Shown: piece after piece, positions 11,573 through 24,210 of the stretch | Layout: each line of letters begins with the position of its first letter | How positions within the stretch are numbered: the stretch's first letter is position 1 | NCBI RefSeq assembly: GCF_018350175.1 | Contig: NC_058368.1 | Span: 213,778,001-213,842,000 of the forward strand | Direction: 5' to 3' | Length of the DNA: 64,000 nt | From: Felis catus | Taxonomy: Eukaryota | Notes under the pieces: generated by a model | Seen by the model: the letters and a program-made list of their open reading frames with translations, nothing else | What the model was told of the DNA's origin: nothing | The model's database searches: none | Made by a program: the position numbers and the translations under genes

Positions 11573-12239
11573 GAAGTGTAGGTTCTAAAGCTAAAGTGGC
11601 CTGGGCGCCCGGTGCTCTCTCCACCTCCAAAGGGTTCCTGCTCTCATCTCCAAGCTCTTGGGAGGTTGTAAAGGTCCCTTCTTCACTCCCTCATCATCTT
11701 ATGCCTTTCTTACCCCTCCATCTTTTTCCCTAAATGCTCTTTGACCCCCTGAAATTTATTCCCTGTAAAACTCCCATTTGATTAGCAGGAGTGCATTCCT
11801 GTGGGCAAATTCCAATAAATAATAATCTTCTTGCTCTGTCTTCATATAAGGCCAGAACACACACAGCCACACGGCCTGTGGGTCCAGGAAAGGCTTCCTG
11901 GAGAAAGGCACTGCAAGTCTGTACCTGATGGAATAGTGAGTTAGCCAGGGGAAGGGCAAGGTGAGGGGGGAGGAAAGTTCTAGAGAGAGAAAAGAGCTTT
12001 TGTGAGAGACACAGAATGGCACAATGGAGACCTGAAATCAAGCTTGGGAGGGAAAGGAAGCCAGCCCAGTGATGACTCCCGCACCCCATCTGGTCAGGTG
12101 CCTCCCTCTGTGCCTCCTCAGTGCCCTGCCCCCGTAAACTGCTTACCAGACAGTAGCAGGGACGGCCAGCCAAACACCAGAATCCCATATGCTCCCTTCC
12201 AAAGTGTACGCTCACCATGGACTACACTCCCAGTCCCCT

Positions 12240-12558
12240 CTGCCTGGCTCTGTGGTTAGTGCTCACCAAAGAAATGTGCTAAGAGATACGTGCCACTTTC
12301 AAACCAAGGCATTTCAGAACTAAACATGCCTTCTCCCTTCTACCCCTTGGAGGCAGAATACACTGCAGCCCTAGAAAACTGTGAGGACGCAACATGGAAA
12401 GAGAATGCAGCCCTAAGTCACCCCATGGAGAACTACTTGCTGACCATGAACTATTATTGCACTTGGCTGTTATGTGAGGGAGAAATAATTTTGTGTTATG
12501 TGAAGCCATTACAACTCGGGGGCTTAATTGTCACAGCAGCTAACGTTACCCTAATACA
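12240..12558 (+). mobile_element. Old MaLR LTR (MLT1J-like) fragment
   Basis: 3' end 'gtgagggagaaataattttgtgttatgtgaagccatt..ttgtcacagcagc..taccctaataca'. Confidence 0.6.
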
Positions 12559-12761
12559 CAGACTAGGTAATGTTTACTTATTTAATTACAGGTTACCTTC
12601 TCTAGATGGTAGGAGTTCCCATAATATCGCCAGCACATAGCAAAAGGTGGATATTAAATAGACAACTGTTGAATGAAAAGAATCCATTTGATTAGAAGGA
12701 GGGCCTTCCCAGAATCCCTCAAATCCCAATAAACAAAAATTTTCCTGTTTTGCCATAAAGC

Positions 12762-12765
<4 letters not shown>

Positions 12766-12804
<39 letters not shown>
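12766..12804. repeat. (CA)n microsatellite
   Basis: Direct reading. Confidence 0.97.
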
Positions 12805-12807
<3 letters not shown>

Positions 12808-13374
12808 GCACACACGCAACCCGAGTTTCCACACCAAAGCCACATACAGTTCATGGCCAAAACCTGCCTGGCTGTTTGGAGATTCATATGACAGCAGAGA
12901 CTATCCTAGGAACAACCCTTTCAAGATTCTGTTCCCCAGCATGGGTAACATACAGGGCCAAATACCGCAAAAGAAAATTGGACTAGGAAAGAAAAAGTCA
13001 TCAAGAAAAATAGTCCAGATTTCTCATGATCTCACCCGTGAGTCAGATTTGCATTTGGGATAACAACGAACCAAGTAGACCAGAACAGTCTGTCTGCAAG
13101 ATGTCGGATTGCCAATTTCAACAGCACAGAGAAGGCACACTTCTTAAATTGGCTTAAAAGGACAAATCTAGTGCACTTGTTTATTATTTTTTTCCCTTAA
13201 AAAATTTTCTAGGTGAAATAGCCTCCTGTTTAAAAATAACTCTCTTGGACATGAAACTATAGTTTGCTTTTAAACACTGATTGCCAAGTACCTGCATCTT
13301 GACATTTTGGGCAGTGGGGGAAAAGTCCTACAGAAGAGTCTTTGCTATGTGGACTTAGAAAGCTGCCCCACCTC

Positions 13375-13630
13375 AGGGCACCTGGGTGGCTCAGTAGGTT
13401 AAGCATCTGAATCTTGATTTCAGTTCAGGTCATGATATCATGGTTTGTGAGTTCAAGCCCCACATCGGGTTCTGTGCTGACAGTGTGGAGTCTGCTTGGG
13501 ATCCTCTGTCTCCCTCTCTCTCCCCCTCCCCTGCTTACTCTCTCTCCCTCTCTCTCTCTCAAAATAAATAAATAAACACTATTTTTAAAAATACACCATT
13601 ACAAAAAAAAAAAAAAAAGAAGAAGAAGAA
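13375..13630 (+). mobile_element. CanSINE
   Basis: Head, (CT)n and A tail; TSD AGAAAGCTGCCCCACCTC on both sides. Confidence 0.96.
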
Positions 13631-15399
13631 AGAAAGCTGCCCCACCTCTCTGGGCCTAGATTTGTTCATTTATAAAACATGAGATTAAAATAGATGATCT
13701 CTAACAGTCCACAGAAGAAGTAACTGTCAGTGGAAGTAAAACTGAATTTTTCATGTCTTGCAAGTCTTTTTCATATTCATGGAACTTACTCCTAACAGAA
13801 ACAGGGTATTTTTTTATGGGTAGCTTAATTTAGAGGAATTTATTCGCTTAGGACAGAACGTGAGGTCCAAGGCACAGCAGACGTGAGTTGGTCTCCGGTA
13901 GTAAGAGGCAGGAACGGGATGATCCGTTCTCAAGTAATCAGCAATGTGTGCATTACTGAGCTATGACTGTGTATCAGGACATTTTCTTCTTAGAGATAAA
14001 AGAGACTTTAAGAATCATTAAACACAATTGCTTCGCTCTACGTGTGGAGAAAGCGGGACCTAAAGATGCTAGCTACCACGGCTAGATTGTGGCAGTATCT
14101 AGACCAGAACCGAGTGTCGGCTGCTGACCTGCCACTCTTCGCTGCTGCCACACTCCTTCCCAATCCTGCTCTGCACCTGCCGTACTGACAGCGTTTACAT
14201 TTTTGCCTCTTGGAAAAAAGGACTGGCAGAGGAGCTGGGTATTCTATCTGTCCTAAGGATGGAGAATTATTGTTGGCTTTTAACTCCTTGAGACTTACCT
14301 AACCCTCAAGCCCGCAGACTAAGAATGCTGTCTGAGTATTCAAACAATGAATACTCCTTGTTTGAATGAGGTGAAAAGATGGATCAGGTGAAAGATGGAG
14401 AAGTAATCACATACCTTCAAGCATGTAAGAGGATAACTCAGGGTTCTGGGAATGGCCACTATCCAGGACGATAAATAACCATCACAGTTTATCTGCAAGT
14501 AGTCTCTACAGCTTGGACTTCAGATCCTTGAATCAGTTACCCCCTCAAACTCCTTCCTCCCACCCAAGTGCTACCTTAGACTGACTGCCTCCCATTTTGA
14601 TGTTTATCTGCTATTTTAATCAGACCTCTAGTTCCTTTCAGCACAGTGTATTAGAGGCAACAATGAAAATGAGGTAGATAATTGGCTTATATATTCTCTC
14701 TATACTTGAAGCCAATCCTACCCTGCCCCACCCCATCTCTGCAACAGGGGGTATCTCCTTTTCTTTCAAGTTTGTAAAAGAAAACCCAAGATTTCACCCA
14801 TTAGCATCCATCACCTTTGATGCTGGGACCTGCATTTCATTAATTACTTAGAATGGCTATTCTAAGTAAATGGGAGACTTAACCCTTTCTTGTTCCCTTC
14901 CAAGCCTGTGGAAAATGGAAGTAGTGCCCCATGAAGAAAATTACATTTTATTAGAATTGCTTATTATAATAATAATAAACTATCCATAGAAATGGAGAGG
15001 AAGGGTAATATACCAGCAAATATGGGGACATGTTTAAGAAGAACTTAAGCTCCAAATGTATTTATTTAAAGTCTGATTCCAAGAATTGCTCCTTTCTCTT
15101 ATCCTCAAAGGTCTACTTATTCCAGTGAAGGTATACAGCTGACTATACTATTCTCTATCGAATTGAAGTCTGTTTCCAATGCTGAATAGAAGGCAGTGGT
15201 TTAACAAAAACAGCGAGACTTAGGGACACCAGGTCTGCTTTGGAGGCCTGGCCCTAATACTGATTGTTTTACTTCAGGAAAATTACTTGACCCTCCAAGC
15301 TCCTGGCTTTTCATCCATAACATGGGGCTAATAATCTATTAGGAAGCATAAATGAGATGATGTGGACAAAATATATAGGAGGGGCTTATTAGTTGGTAA

Positions 15400-15660
15400 A
15401 TGCATTAGAATTCACCCAGCCAAATTTTGCAACATCAGCTCTCCAGCCTGTGCTTGATGTTCACAGTGAAGGGAAACTTACTACCTCTCAAGGCAGTCCT
15501 TGCCACGCTGAGACTACAATGGTTACAAAAACATTCCTAGCATGAAGCTGAGTATCTTTCCCTTAATTTCAGTGCTTTGGTCCTTGTTTTGGCTTCTGCA
15601 CCAGAAATGATGATAAGTCTTAGCAGTCCTGCATAAGAAAGCCATCGAAATACTTTATTT
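15400..15660 (-). mobile_element. CR1/L3 LINE fragment (3' part)
   Basis: 'cagtgaagggaaacttactacctctcaaggcagtcc' and 'ttggtccttgttttggcttctg' resemble the reverse L3 3' region. Confidence 0.6.
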
Positions 15661-15719
15661 GGCCATCCAATGGATTGTAGTCGCAAACCTCCTGTGTACA
15701 AGTAACAGAAGCACAGAGA

Positions 15720-16012
15720 AATGAGGCATGGGTCCAGACTTCTTGTTTGGGAGGCTGGTTGAGGGGGGTGCCATTGGCCAAGATAGGGAACAGAAGAGGA
15801 AGAGCAAGTCTGTATGGGGAAGGAAGGTGATGAGTTCCGTTTGGAATGTATTGCTTTGGAGTGGCTGAGGGTTGCCCAGATGGAGATGGTAGGTTGACAG
15901 TGGATGTGTGAGTCCAAAGCTCAGGAGGGGCGTTGGGGCTAAAGGTACAGATTTTGGAGTGATCAGAACATAGGTGGTGGTCGAAGTTGAAAATGTGGCT
16001 GACATTGTCCAG

Positions 16013-16044
<32 letters not shown>

Positions 16045-17110
16045 GGGGTGGCGGCGAATGAGAACATCAAGGTTTAAGAGGCAAAGTATAAAATCTAATG
16101 AAAAAAGTAAAGGGGGATAAAAGTGGTAGCAAATGTATATTAAAGGGCTCTATAGAGAGGAAGCTCAGAGAGATTAAAACTAAGTGTTAAAGAAGCAGGA
16201 AGAAAACCAGGAGACAAGTAGTGTCAGAGGAGCTGGAGACAGTGTATCATAAAGGAGGAACTGGTCAGAGTGTCAGCTGAATTAAGTACTGAAAAGTTTC
16301 CATTGGATATAGATGCAGAGGCCCATTGGTGATCATGGCAAGGGAATTTCAGTGGAGGGCTGGGAATGGAAATCAGACTGCACAGTCCATTGAGGAATTA
16401 ATGAGAGATTAAAGAAGTGAAAATAGCCGATACAGACCAAGTTTTCAGGTAATTTGGTTTTTAAGGACATGAGGGTGCAGGGGTCTTAATTAAAAAGGGT
16501 GAGGTATGCACATGGTGGAGGGAAAACACTTACGGACAGGAGAGGTTTAAAACAGAGGGGAATGGGGATACTGATCAAGAATCATTGAGGACACAAGAAT
16601 AAACTGATCATTAAGGACACAAGAATAAACAGTCTCCTGAGCCCTGGGGATGGGGGAGGTGGGGGGCGTTCTCTCAGAGGCAGGAAGTGAAGAAACAACA
16701 CAGACTGGATGTGGAAGTAGGTGGTTTGTGAGGGAGCAGAACTGAGGGAGCTGCTAGTGATTGGCTCTGTGAAGAAAACATTAAGCTCCTTAGCATGGAG
16801 GGAGCAAATCCCCAGGTAGGAGTTGGAGGGACCAGGGAGGAGTTAGACATTGGTGAGGGAATGATGGGGAAGGTGAGTGGGATCCTCTAAAGAGACTATC
16901 AGGCAGACAGGCTGATGAGTTTTTAGAGACCATTATTCTGCAGGTGCCCCAACTCAATAGATGGGTAGGTTTTTTCATTCATATAAATGCTTGGCAGCCT
17001 GGAGACAGGGCAGAAAATGGAGGTGGTTGAACTTACTTGGAGTAGGTATTTTGAAGGGTGGGGAGAGCAAAGGGAAAGGAGATAAGGAAGTTTAGGGTAT
17101 TGGCAAAGGA
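15720..17110 (-). mobile_element. L2 LINE remnant, interrupted by a G30 run at 16014-16043
   Basis: Purine-rich antisense L2 motifs, e.g. 'tgatgagttccgtttggaatgtattgctttg', 'gctaaaggtacagattttggagtgatcag', 'catggcaagggaatttcagtggag'. Confidence 0.75.
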
Positions 17111-17139
17111 GTGGATAAAGCTGTGGTCCACAGGGGAAG

Positions 17140-17870
17140 AAGGAAATTTGCCTTTCCTGCAAATTTCTCCTACTAACTCCCCCATTTTGGGCCCTTGCTT
17201 TGGGATATGTTGCTTGGTACCATGTGTTGACCGGAACAGCACACAATAACCCAGATGTGTGGGCCTAGTAGAGAGGGTCAACACTCTGTTTCTGGGTCTA
17301 TTTAACAGTCACACCCCAGTGCTGATGCAAACTGATGGTAGAGTCAAATGAACTGCCTAAATCATTTACACATAGAGCTCTGTTAAAGCAGGTCCATCCT
17401 ATAATAAATGCAGTTGGTTTTTTCAGGCATAAGTACAGGACCTTCACTTGAGCCCCTTGGCTGACTCTTGCAAGACTTGGCCTATCCTATAAGTCTAGAT
17501 TCTGATACTGGTGTGAAATGAGGTCACAGTGCTTTCCAGATCTGGGTCATAAGCAAATGGGATAAACATGTCATCCATATCTTTATTCAAGTTGGCAAGA
17601 AAAATGTTGAACAAGAGAAGGATAAACCCAATGGCAGAACTGTGTCTGACTCTCATTACTAGAATTCTGTCTCTAAATGGACACCAATCCTTCAACCCCT
17701 TTGCACAGCATTTAGCCAGTCAGCTACACATCACCAAATCTGCTACTGTGCAGTCCACATTTCTCCATCTTGCTTACAAAGATCTCACAAGGGATCACCC
17801 AAACACCTTGCTGAAAAGTCCAGATACGCTATGTCAACAGCTTTCCCATGATGTACTGGTGTAGTAACCT
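17140..17870 (-). mobile_element. CR1/L3 LINE reverse-transcriptase fossil
   Basis: ORF 17495-17695(-) reads 'VRHSSAIGFILLLFNIFLANLNKDMDDMFIPFAYDPDL', matching the CR1 RT pattern GVPQGSVLGPxLFNIFINDL..KFADDTKL. Confidence 0.8.
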
Positions 17871-20170
17871 TACCCCCACTGGATAAAAACACAATGTGCT
17901 TTTCTTTACCATGTCTTATACACCTACGACCAGATGGAAATTGGTTTATGACATTTTACAACTTTATAACATTTCCTGTCTCACCATGACATCACTTTTC
18001 CCCAAGCCTAGAGCTTCAAAAGGCCACAAAGGTGTTAAGAACTCAGTTTCTAAACCTTCCTCCTACTCCAGTATATCAGGTTACCTGATCTCCCAGGCGG
18101 TTGAAATGAAGAATGTTAGCTTAATAATGAGACTATAATAGAAAAGTAACAACTCCAAATGAGAGAGGGGGCCCTATATGGGGCCCCCCTTTGCTCTATC
18201 TTGGAGCTTCCTCCCAGCAACCTTACAAGGCAGTCTAAATTTATTTCCTTGAATCTCATTTTGAAAATAAAGCCAAATATGGTTGCTTCTGAGCTTTCTT
18301 GAATACATCATTTTCAAAGAGGGTACTGAAATCTTGGGATTTTAAATCTCACAAACTAAGTATTTAGTCACTTAAGAGAAAACCATATGATGAGAAACAT
18401 GGAGCTCAGAGATGAACAATAACTCAGAGTGGAAAATGCCACGGTGTTTATGAAGGGTATAATCCCTAATTACACCAAGAGTGACACCTCTTTCCCTAGG
18501 CAACACTTCTTAGAAGCTGCCAATACATTAAACAGGAATAGTTTAGCAAATCCGTCAACATCTGTTTACCGCCTGCTGCTGGGGACAAAAAGAGGTGAAA
18601 CGTATGGCCAAATGACCTCAGAGAATTTGCAGTCTAGTTTCTAAGGGAGTAAAAAAAAAACAAAAACAAAAACAAAAACACCACTTTCACCAAAAGGTTC
18701 ACCAATCAAGACAGCATGTAATGGATGCCAAATGAAGTGCCAGGCAATAGGTGTGCCAGACCTTCTGGAAGAGGCTGCCAGCCAGGGGGCGGGGGAGACA
18801 CTTTTTAAAGGGAATGAGACTTCACTTGGGTCTTAAGGAGTGAGCAGAATTTAAGCAATGGGTAGGTGGGCTTCTGGGTAGGAGGTGTGGAATAAACGTG
18901 TATAGTTAACGCAGATGAAAGAAGTTAAGTCGGATCCAAATCCCTCTCACTTCTCAAATATAAAGAGAAAAGCCCGATGCTCAGCTGGGAAATTAACAAA
19001 CACTTGACTCTGCATACAGGGTCTGCGCCTTCCATCAGAGCTCAGCTCAGGTCATGCAGGGATCAATGTCCACTACATTAACTCTAATAGGATGCTCATA
19101 TGAAAACTTAATAAACTATTATACACAGCACAAATTTCACTAAAATCACCCACTGCAATTTCAGTTTTGAGGCTAATGGATTTTCTAAGAACACAAAACA
19201 TACACCACAGAGGTAAAATCCCAAAAAGGAGAAAAACAAGGAGTGGTTTGCAACCCTGGCTCCACATGAGAACCACCTGGGGGGGGGGGGGGGGCGGTGG
19301 AGGTGCGGGTCAGAAAACACCAATGTTTATGCTGTACCTACTACCCATTACATCACAATCCCTGGGGTATCAGCCTTTAAATTAAAAATACCAGTGATTC
19401 TACTTCATTCTCTCAACAAATTATTCTCTGAGTGCCTACCGTATGCCAGCATTGCTCTAAGTGTTAAGGATGCAAGCATGAATCAAATAGACCCCCCCTT
19501 CCAAAAAAACTACCCTCATAGATTTTACATTATAATGAAGTAGAGCAGGCAGAAAAGCAAATTAAGTCAGTAAAATATATGATATGTTAAAAAACTGACA
19601 ACGTGCTAAAGAGAAAATAAAGCTGAGAAGGGGAATATGAAGTCTCAGGCTGGAGTAGGGTGGCACCACGGAAGGTGACATTTAAATCAAGACTTGACAG
19701 CAGTGAGGGAGCAAGTCAGTGGGCTACAAGAAAGAGGAACACACTAGGCAGAGGAAACAGCGGGTGCAACGGCCCTGAGGCAGAAGCATGCCTGTGTGGC
19801 TGGAGCTGAGAGGGAAAGTAATAGAGATTAAGTCAAAAAGGGAAGGGTATATAATGAGTTTAGCTTTTACACTGAGTGCGACGAGAAGCTAGTGGGAAGG
19901 TCTGAACAGAGAAGTGACGTGATCTGATTTAGGTTTACAATACTCATTCCAACTGCTCTGTTGAGAACTGACTATGGGGAAAAGGGGAGAGACAGCAACT
20001 GACCAATTCTCAAAATAGTCCAACAGAGATATGAGGACAATTTGGATGAGGGGAGAGGCAGTGTGCGATGGTCAGATTCTGGGCTTATTTTGCAAAACCA
20101 GCCAGAAACAAAGTATCTGGAAGGGGCAGGGGTGGGAATCTGGAATTTGATTTTAGATGTTAATGTTTGA

Positions 20171-20360
20171 GGGGTGCATGGGTGGCTCAGTTGGTTAAAC
20201 ATCTGACTTCAGCTCAGGTCATGATCTCACATTTCCTAGGTTTGAGCCCCACATCGGGCTCTCTGCAGTCAACATGGTGCCTGCTTTGGATCTTCTATTC
20301 CCCCTTCTCTCTGCCCCTCCCCTGCTCTCTCTCTCTGTCAAAAATAAGTAAATGTAAAAA
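20171..20360 (+). mobile_element. CanSINE
   Basis: Head 'ggggtgcatgggtggctcag', (CT)n, A-rich tail. Confidence 0.95.
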
Positions 20361-20375
20361 GATGATAATATTCGA

Positions 20376-20556
20376 GGCCATAGACCACCAGGGGAGGTGA
20401 CCAGAACCTTATAAAACAAGGACCCTTGCCTAGAGTCGCAGGCATTCACTTTCAAATGCCCCCTCTCTGTAAAGAGAGCTTTCCTACTATTCTTACTTTC
20501 TGATCTTATACTCTAATAAACTTTTGCCTGCTGCTCAAAAAAAAAAAAAAAAAAAA
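20376..20556 (+). mobile_element. Polyadenylated retroviral-LTR-like (U3-R) fragment, retroposed
   Basis: TATAAAA at 20410, AATAAA at 20515-20520, A20 starting 16 nt later (20537-20556), flanked by copies of the target site. Confidence 0.65.
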
Positions 20557-21466
20557 GATGTTAATGTTCAAGATGACCATTAGACAATGGAGATTCAGGT
20601 AGATAATTATATACGTAAGCAGTACAAGATGAAGATATATTGGTGCAAATTCTTGGCTTATAGATGGCATTTAAAGCCAGGAGAATGACTGACATCAGAT
20701 AACAATCACAGAAAGAAAAGATAAGATGTGCAAGTAATGAGTCCTGGGAACCTCCCGCATTAAAAGAAGAAGGAGAAGACAGGCAGCCAAGAAAACTGGG
20801 AAGGAATGCAAACTGGTGAGCAAGGAGGAATGCCTATAGACTATGGTGTCCAGAGAGTCAAGGCAAGTAAGCATTTCAAGAAGGGATTAACTGTGTGCAT
20901 CAAATGTTTTGAAGGAGCAAGGAAAAGGTTGGGCATTGGTCCTTGGAGTTAGCAATGTGGACCTCATTAGCGACCCTGATAGCCTTGCAAGCCAGTTCCA
21001 AGTCTCCAACAGAAGTGGGGTTAATGAATCTCACCATGTTCTTAAAGCAATGCTTTCTCCATAGTTTCTCCCTTGTCCCAAAAGACAGTTAAATAATTTG
21101 ATAGGATTGGTAATGCAAGGCAATCTGAATTTTATTTACTTTTATTCCCCACGCATTGAATATGAAATGTATATATCTTTGCTATGTGGCACATGCTAAG
21201 TAAATATTAGTTGAATAGCTGAATGGAAAAAGGAAAAAAAAAGTTTGCAGCAGTGAGGACAAAGTTAAGCTCTAGGAGAGAACTGAGCATAACCAGTAAT
21301 ATGACCTCCTACAAATGTTTGAGCACTCATGTTTGTCAGTGATTTTATGGGCAACTACCTACCTCCTATCTGCAGGACCACCATCGTTAGCAAAGTTTAT
21401 ATGCTATGTCAAGATGCAGATGGGGAACAGTAGCTGAGAGAGATTTACAAAAAATAAGTAAGTGTG

Positions 21467-21606
21467 GGGCACCTGGCTGGTTCAGTTGGAAGAGCCTACA
21501 ACTCTTGATCTTGGGGTCCTGAGTCTGAGCCCCACAGTAGGAATTACTTAAGAATAAACAAATAAATGAACTTTAAAAAGGTTTTCAAATAAACAAACAA
21601 AAAAAA
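21467..21606 (+). mobile_element. Older short CanSINE
   Basis: 'ggggcacctggctggttcagttggaagagc..aactcttgatcttgggg'. Confidence 0.85.
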
Positions 21607-22984
21607 GTAACTAAATCCAACTCTCCTAGCATGCAGGTTCTAGCATGGATTTTACCAAAGGAAATACAGAAGTGCTTCTTGATCCAGCAAATGAGAAGAG
21701 TGGTAGGTGGTGATATCCCACATCAGAATAGCACACAGCATTCAACCTGGACTTCACAATGACTACCCACCTACCTATTAGCAAGCACTGTGAGCGGTCT
21801 CTCTTTGGTTTATGATAAAAATAAAGGAGACTGCCAATGAGTGACATTTTACACACACAACCCTCCAGGCAAAGCTCTGGTTACCACAGCAAACTCCACT
21901 CATGACAGACAGCAGAGACAAAGCTCATGACATATCAAATAGCCAGAGTTCTGCCTTCCTGCAGGACAGCAGTTATATTTGCCAGATACACTAATCAGCC
22001 ACCATAGCCCTTTCTACAAATAAAAGCCCAACCTACACTTGTGGGTCTTGGCTATTCTCACAATTACTATTTGCCTGAAATAGTAGCTTTTGTCTGATGT
22101 TTACTTATTGCGATGCTGATGTAATTCTCAAGATGGAACTTATTTTTAAAAGGAGGTCAAACTCCAGGGAGGGAAACAAATAGCCACCTTCTCACTCTCC
22201 CCACTCTGCAACATTGGAAGAAGTTCCTTTGAGCCCCATATCTGGCAAGACCCTGTCCTTTGGCCTCTGCCATGGCTGGCCCAGAGAAATGAATCAGTCT
22301 CTTGGCGAGACCCAATAGAGAGGGTCTTGCTACCAGCCAATCTAAATATGGAACCTATGTTCTCACCCTAGCATTCTATCAACTAGGAAGAGATGTGGAG
22401 GCAGAAAATACCAAACTAGGGGAATGTTGGTGTGTAAGGAAAACCAGGAGGACAAATATCACAGGGCTTCTTATGAATGCAAATTCCACCCTTGCATAAA
22501 GGACGCATAAAGGACATGGTCATCTCTGCCCTTCGTGTAAGGGTTCAAGGAAGAGGGCTCAAACCATTAAGTCTCCAGATAGATCAGAAAAAGTCATGAG
22601 CCTAAATGCCCAAATGGAGAAGAAATAAATAACTTCTTAGCTTCTCAAGTTTAAGCTCCAGGGCCAACTTTTCAGAGATATAGCACATTTGGAATCTAAG
22701 TAAGTAATATTTCTTCCCTGTGCTTTACCAATCTGTGTCCTGAGTTTATGAGCAGAAAAATGAATCAGAAAACTCAGAGCTCTGTAGGGACTTTAGGGAT
22801 CCTGGGAAGTTCTTGCTTCTCCAAGGTTCTATATAGAGTAATGGTTAAGAGCATGGGCAGAGAGATCTGGATTCAAATTCTTGCTCGAAGTCTTTTAATA
22901 CATGTGCTACCTCAGGCAAATAATTTAAACTTTTTGAGCCTACTTTTCATCATCTGTAAAATAAGGATAACTGGGAACAGTGCT

Positions 22985-24210
22985 AAATCTGTTCAACAGC
23001 TGTTTATTGAGCACCTACTGTATACTAGGCACTGTTGTTGGCACTAAAGATACAGTAAATGAGACAAGGTCCCTGCTTTGATGGCGCTTGCATTCTAACA
23101 CGTGAGACAACCAATAAAAAGACAAATCAAAACCCTATTTCAAACAGAATAGGAGTAATGTGATAGAGTGCCTGTGGGGGTGGGGTGTGCATTTTAGATT
23201 ATATGGTTAGGGAGGAGAAAGCCTATGAAGGTCTGGGGTCAGCAGCTTCCAGGTAGAAGTAAGACCCTTCTCTGGGGTCTTACCAGAGTAGGGATATGGC
23301 TTTGCATGTTCCAGAATGGAAAGGATGGCATGTCTGTACACAGAGAAAAAGGGTAATGAATTGTAGCAGAGATGGTCATCTGAGAGGCAGGTTGGGGCAA
23401 TGGGCTTGGTTGTATAAAATGGTGATGAGAAATCCCCGCTGTAAGCTGTGAAGTGACAGGACTTGATTTGTGTTTTTAAAATCTGGGGGGGGGCACGTGG
23501 GTGGCTCAGTCAGTTATAAGCGGCTAACTCATGATTTTGGCTTAGGTCATGATCTCAGGGTTGGTGGGTTCGAGCCCCACACAGGGCTCTATGCTCACAG
23601 TGCAGAGCATGCTTCGGATCCTCAATCTCTCTCTCTCTCTCTCTTTCTGCCCCCCCCCAAGAAATACATAAATGTTAAAAAAAAAATTTAATATAAATGA
23701 ATGAATGAATAAAAGACCCCTCTAGTTTGTTTGAGGAGGACTAGGAGTCGAGAGTACTCTCAGAAGGCCCAGTGGAAGACTACTGTGGCAGCAGCTTCAA
23801 CCAGGACAGCTGCGGTGCAGGTGGAGGGAGGGCCAACAGGACTTACAGGTTTAGTTGCTGGTGTGAGGAAAGAAGAATGAAGGTCTTGAGGTTTCTGGAA
23901 TGAGTCCTTAGGTGGATGGTGGTGCTATTTACTGAGATAGGAGGAGGAGGAGAGAACTAGCTGAAAAAAATATCAAGGATCCTATTTTGATCAAGCTAGG
24001 TCTGAGATGCCTGTTACACACAGATGTGGAGATGTCAAGCTGGCAATGGGGTGCATGAGTCTGGAACTCGGTGAAGAGGTCAAGGCTAGAGACATAAATT
24101 TGGGAGGCAACAGCACATAGGTGGTAGGTAAAGCCTTGGGATAGATAAGATCTCCCTAGGAGGGAGAACAGCTAGAGAAGAAGACCCAAAGTCAAGTCCT
24201 CGGGCAACAT
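22985..24210 (-). mobile_element. L2 LINE remnant with nested CanSINE
   Basis: 'ttcaacagctgtttattgagcacctactgtatactaggcactgt' followed by antisense L2 motifs. Confidence 0.78.
23486..23712 (+). mobile_element. CanSINE
   Basis: Head 'ggggcacgtgggtggctcagtcagtt', (CT)n, A-rich tail. Confidence 0.92.

Larger units (their letters stand above)
19405..20985 (-). mobile_element. L2 LINE remnant hosting the SINE and LTR-fragment insertions
   Basis: Starts with reverse L2 tail 'ttcattc..caacaaattattctctgagtgcctaccgtatgccagcattgctctaag'; L2 motifs continue after 20560. Confidence 0.8.

Noticed and set aside
14415..14492. Possible 78-bp minus-strand exon (TTGCAG|ATA..AAG|GTATGT)
   Set aside because: Good donor but almost no polypyrimidine tract; not supportable without transcripts.
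18167..18188. GGGGGCCC-tatatg-GGGCCCCC hairpin
   Set aside because: Isolated 8-bp low-complexity stem with no supporting context.
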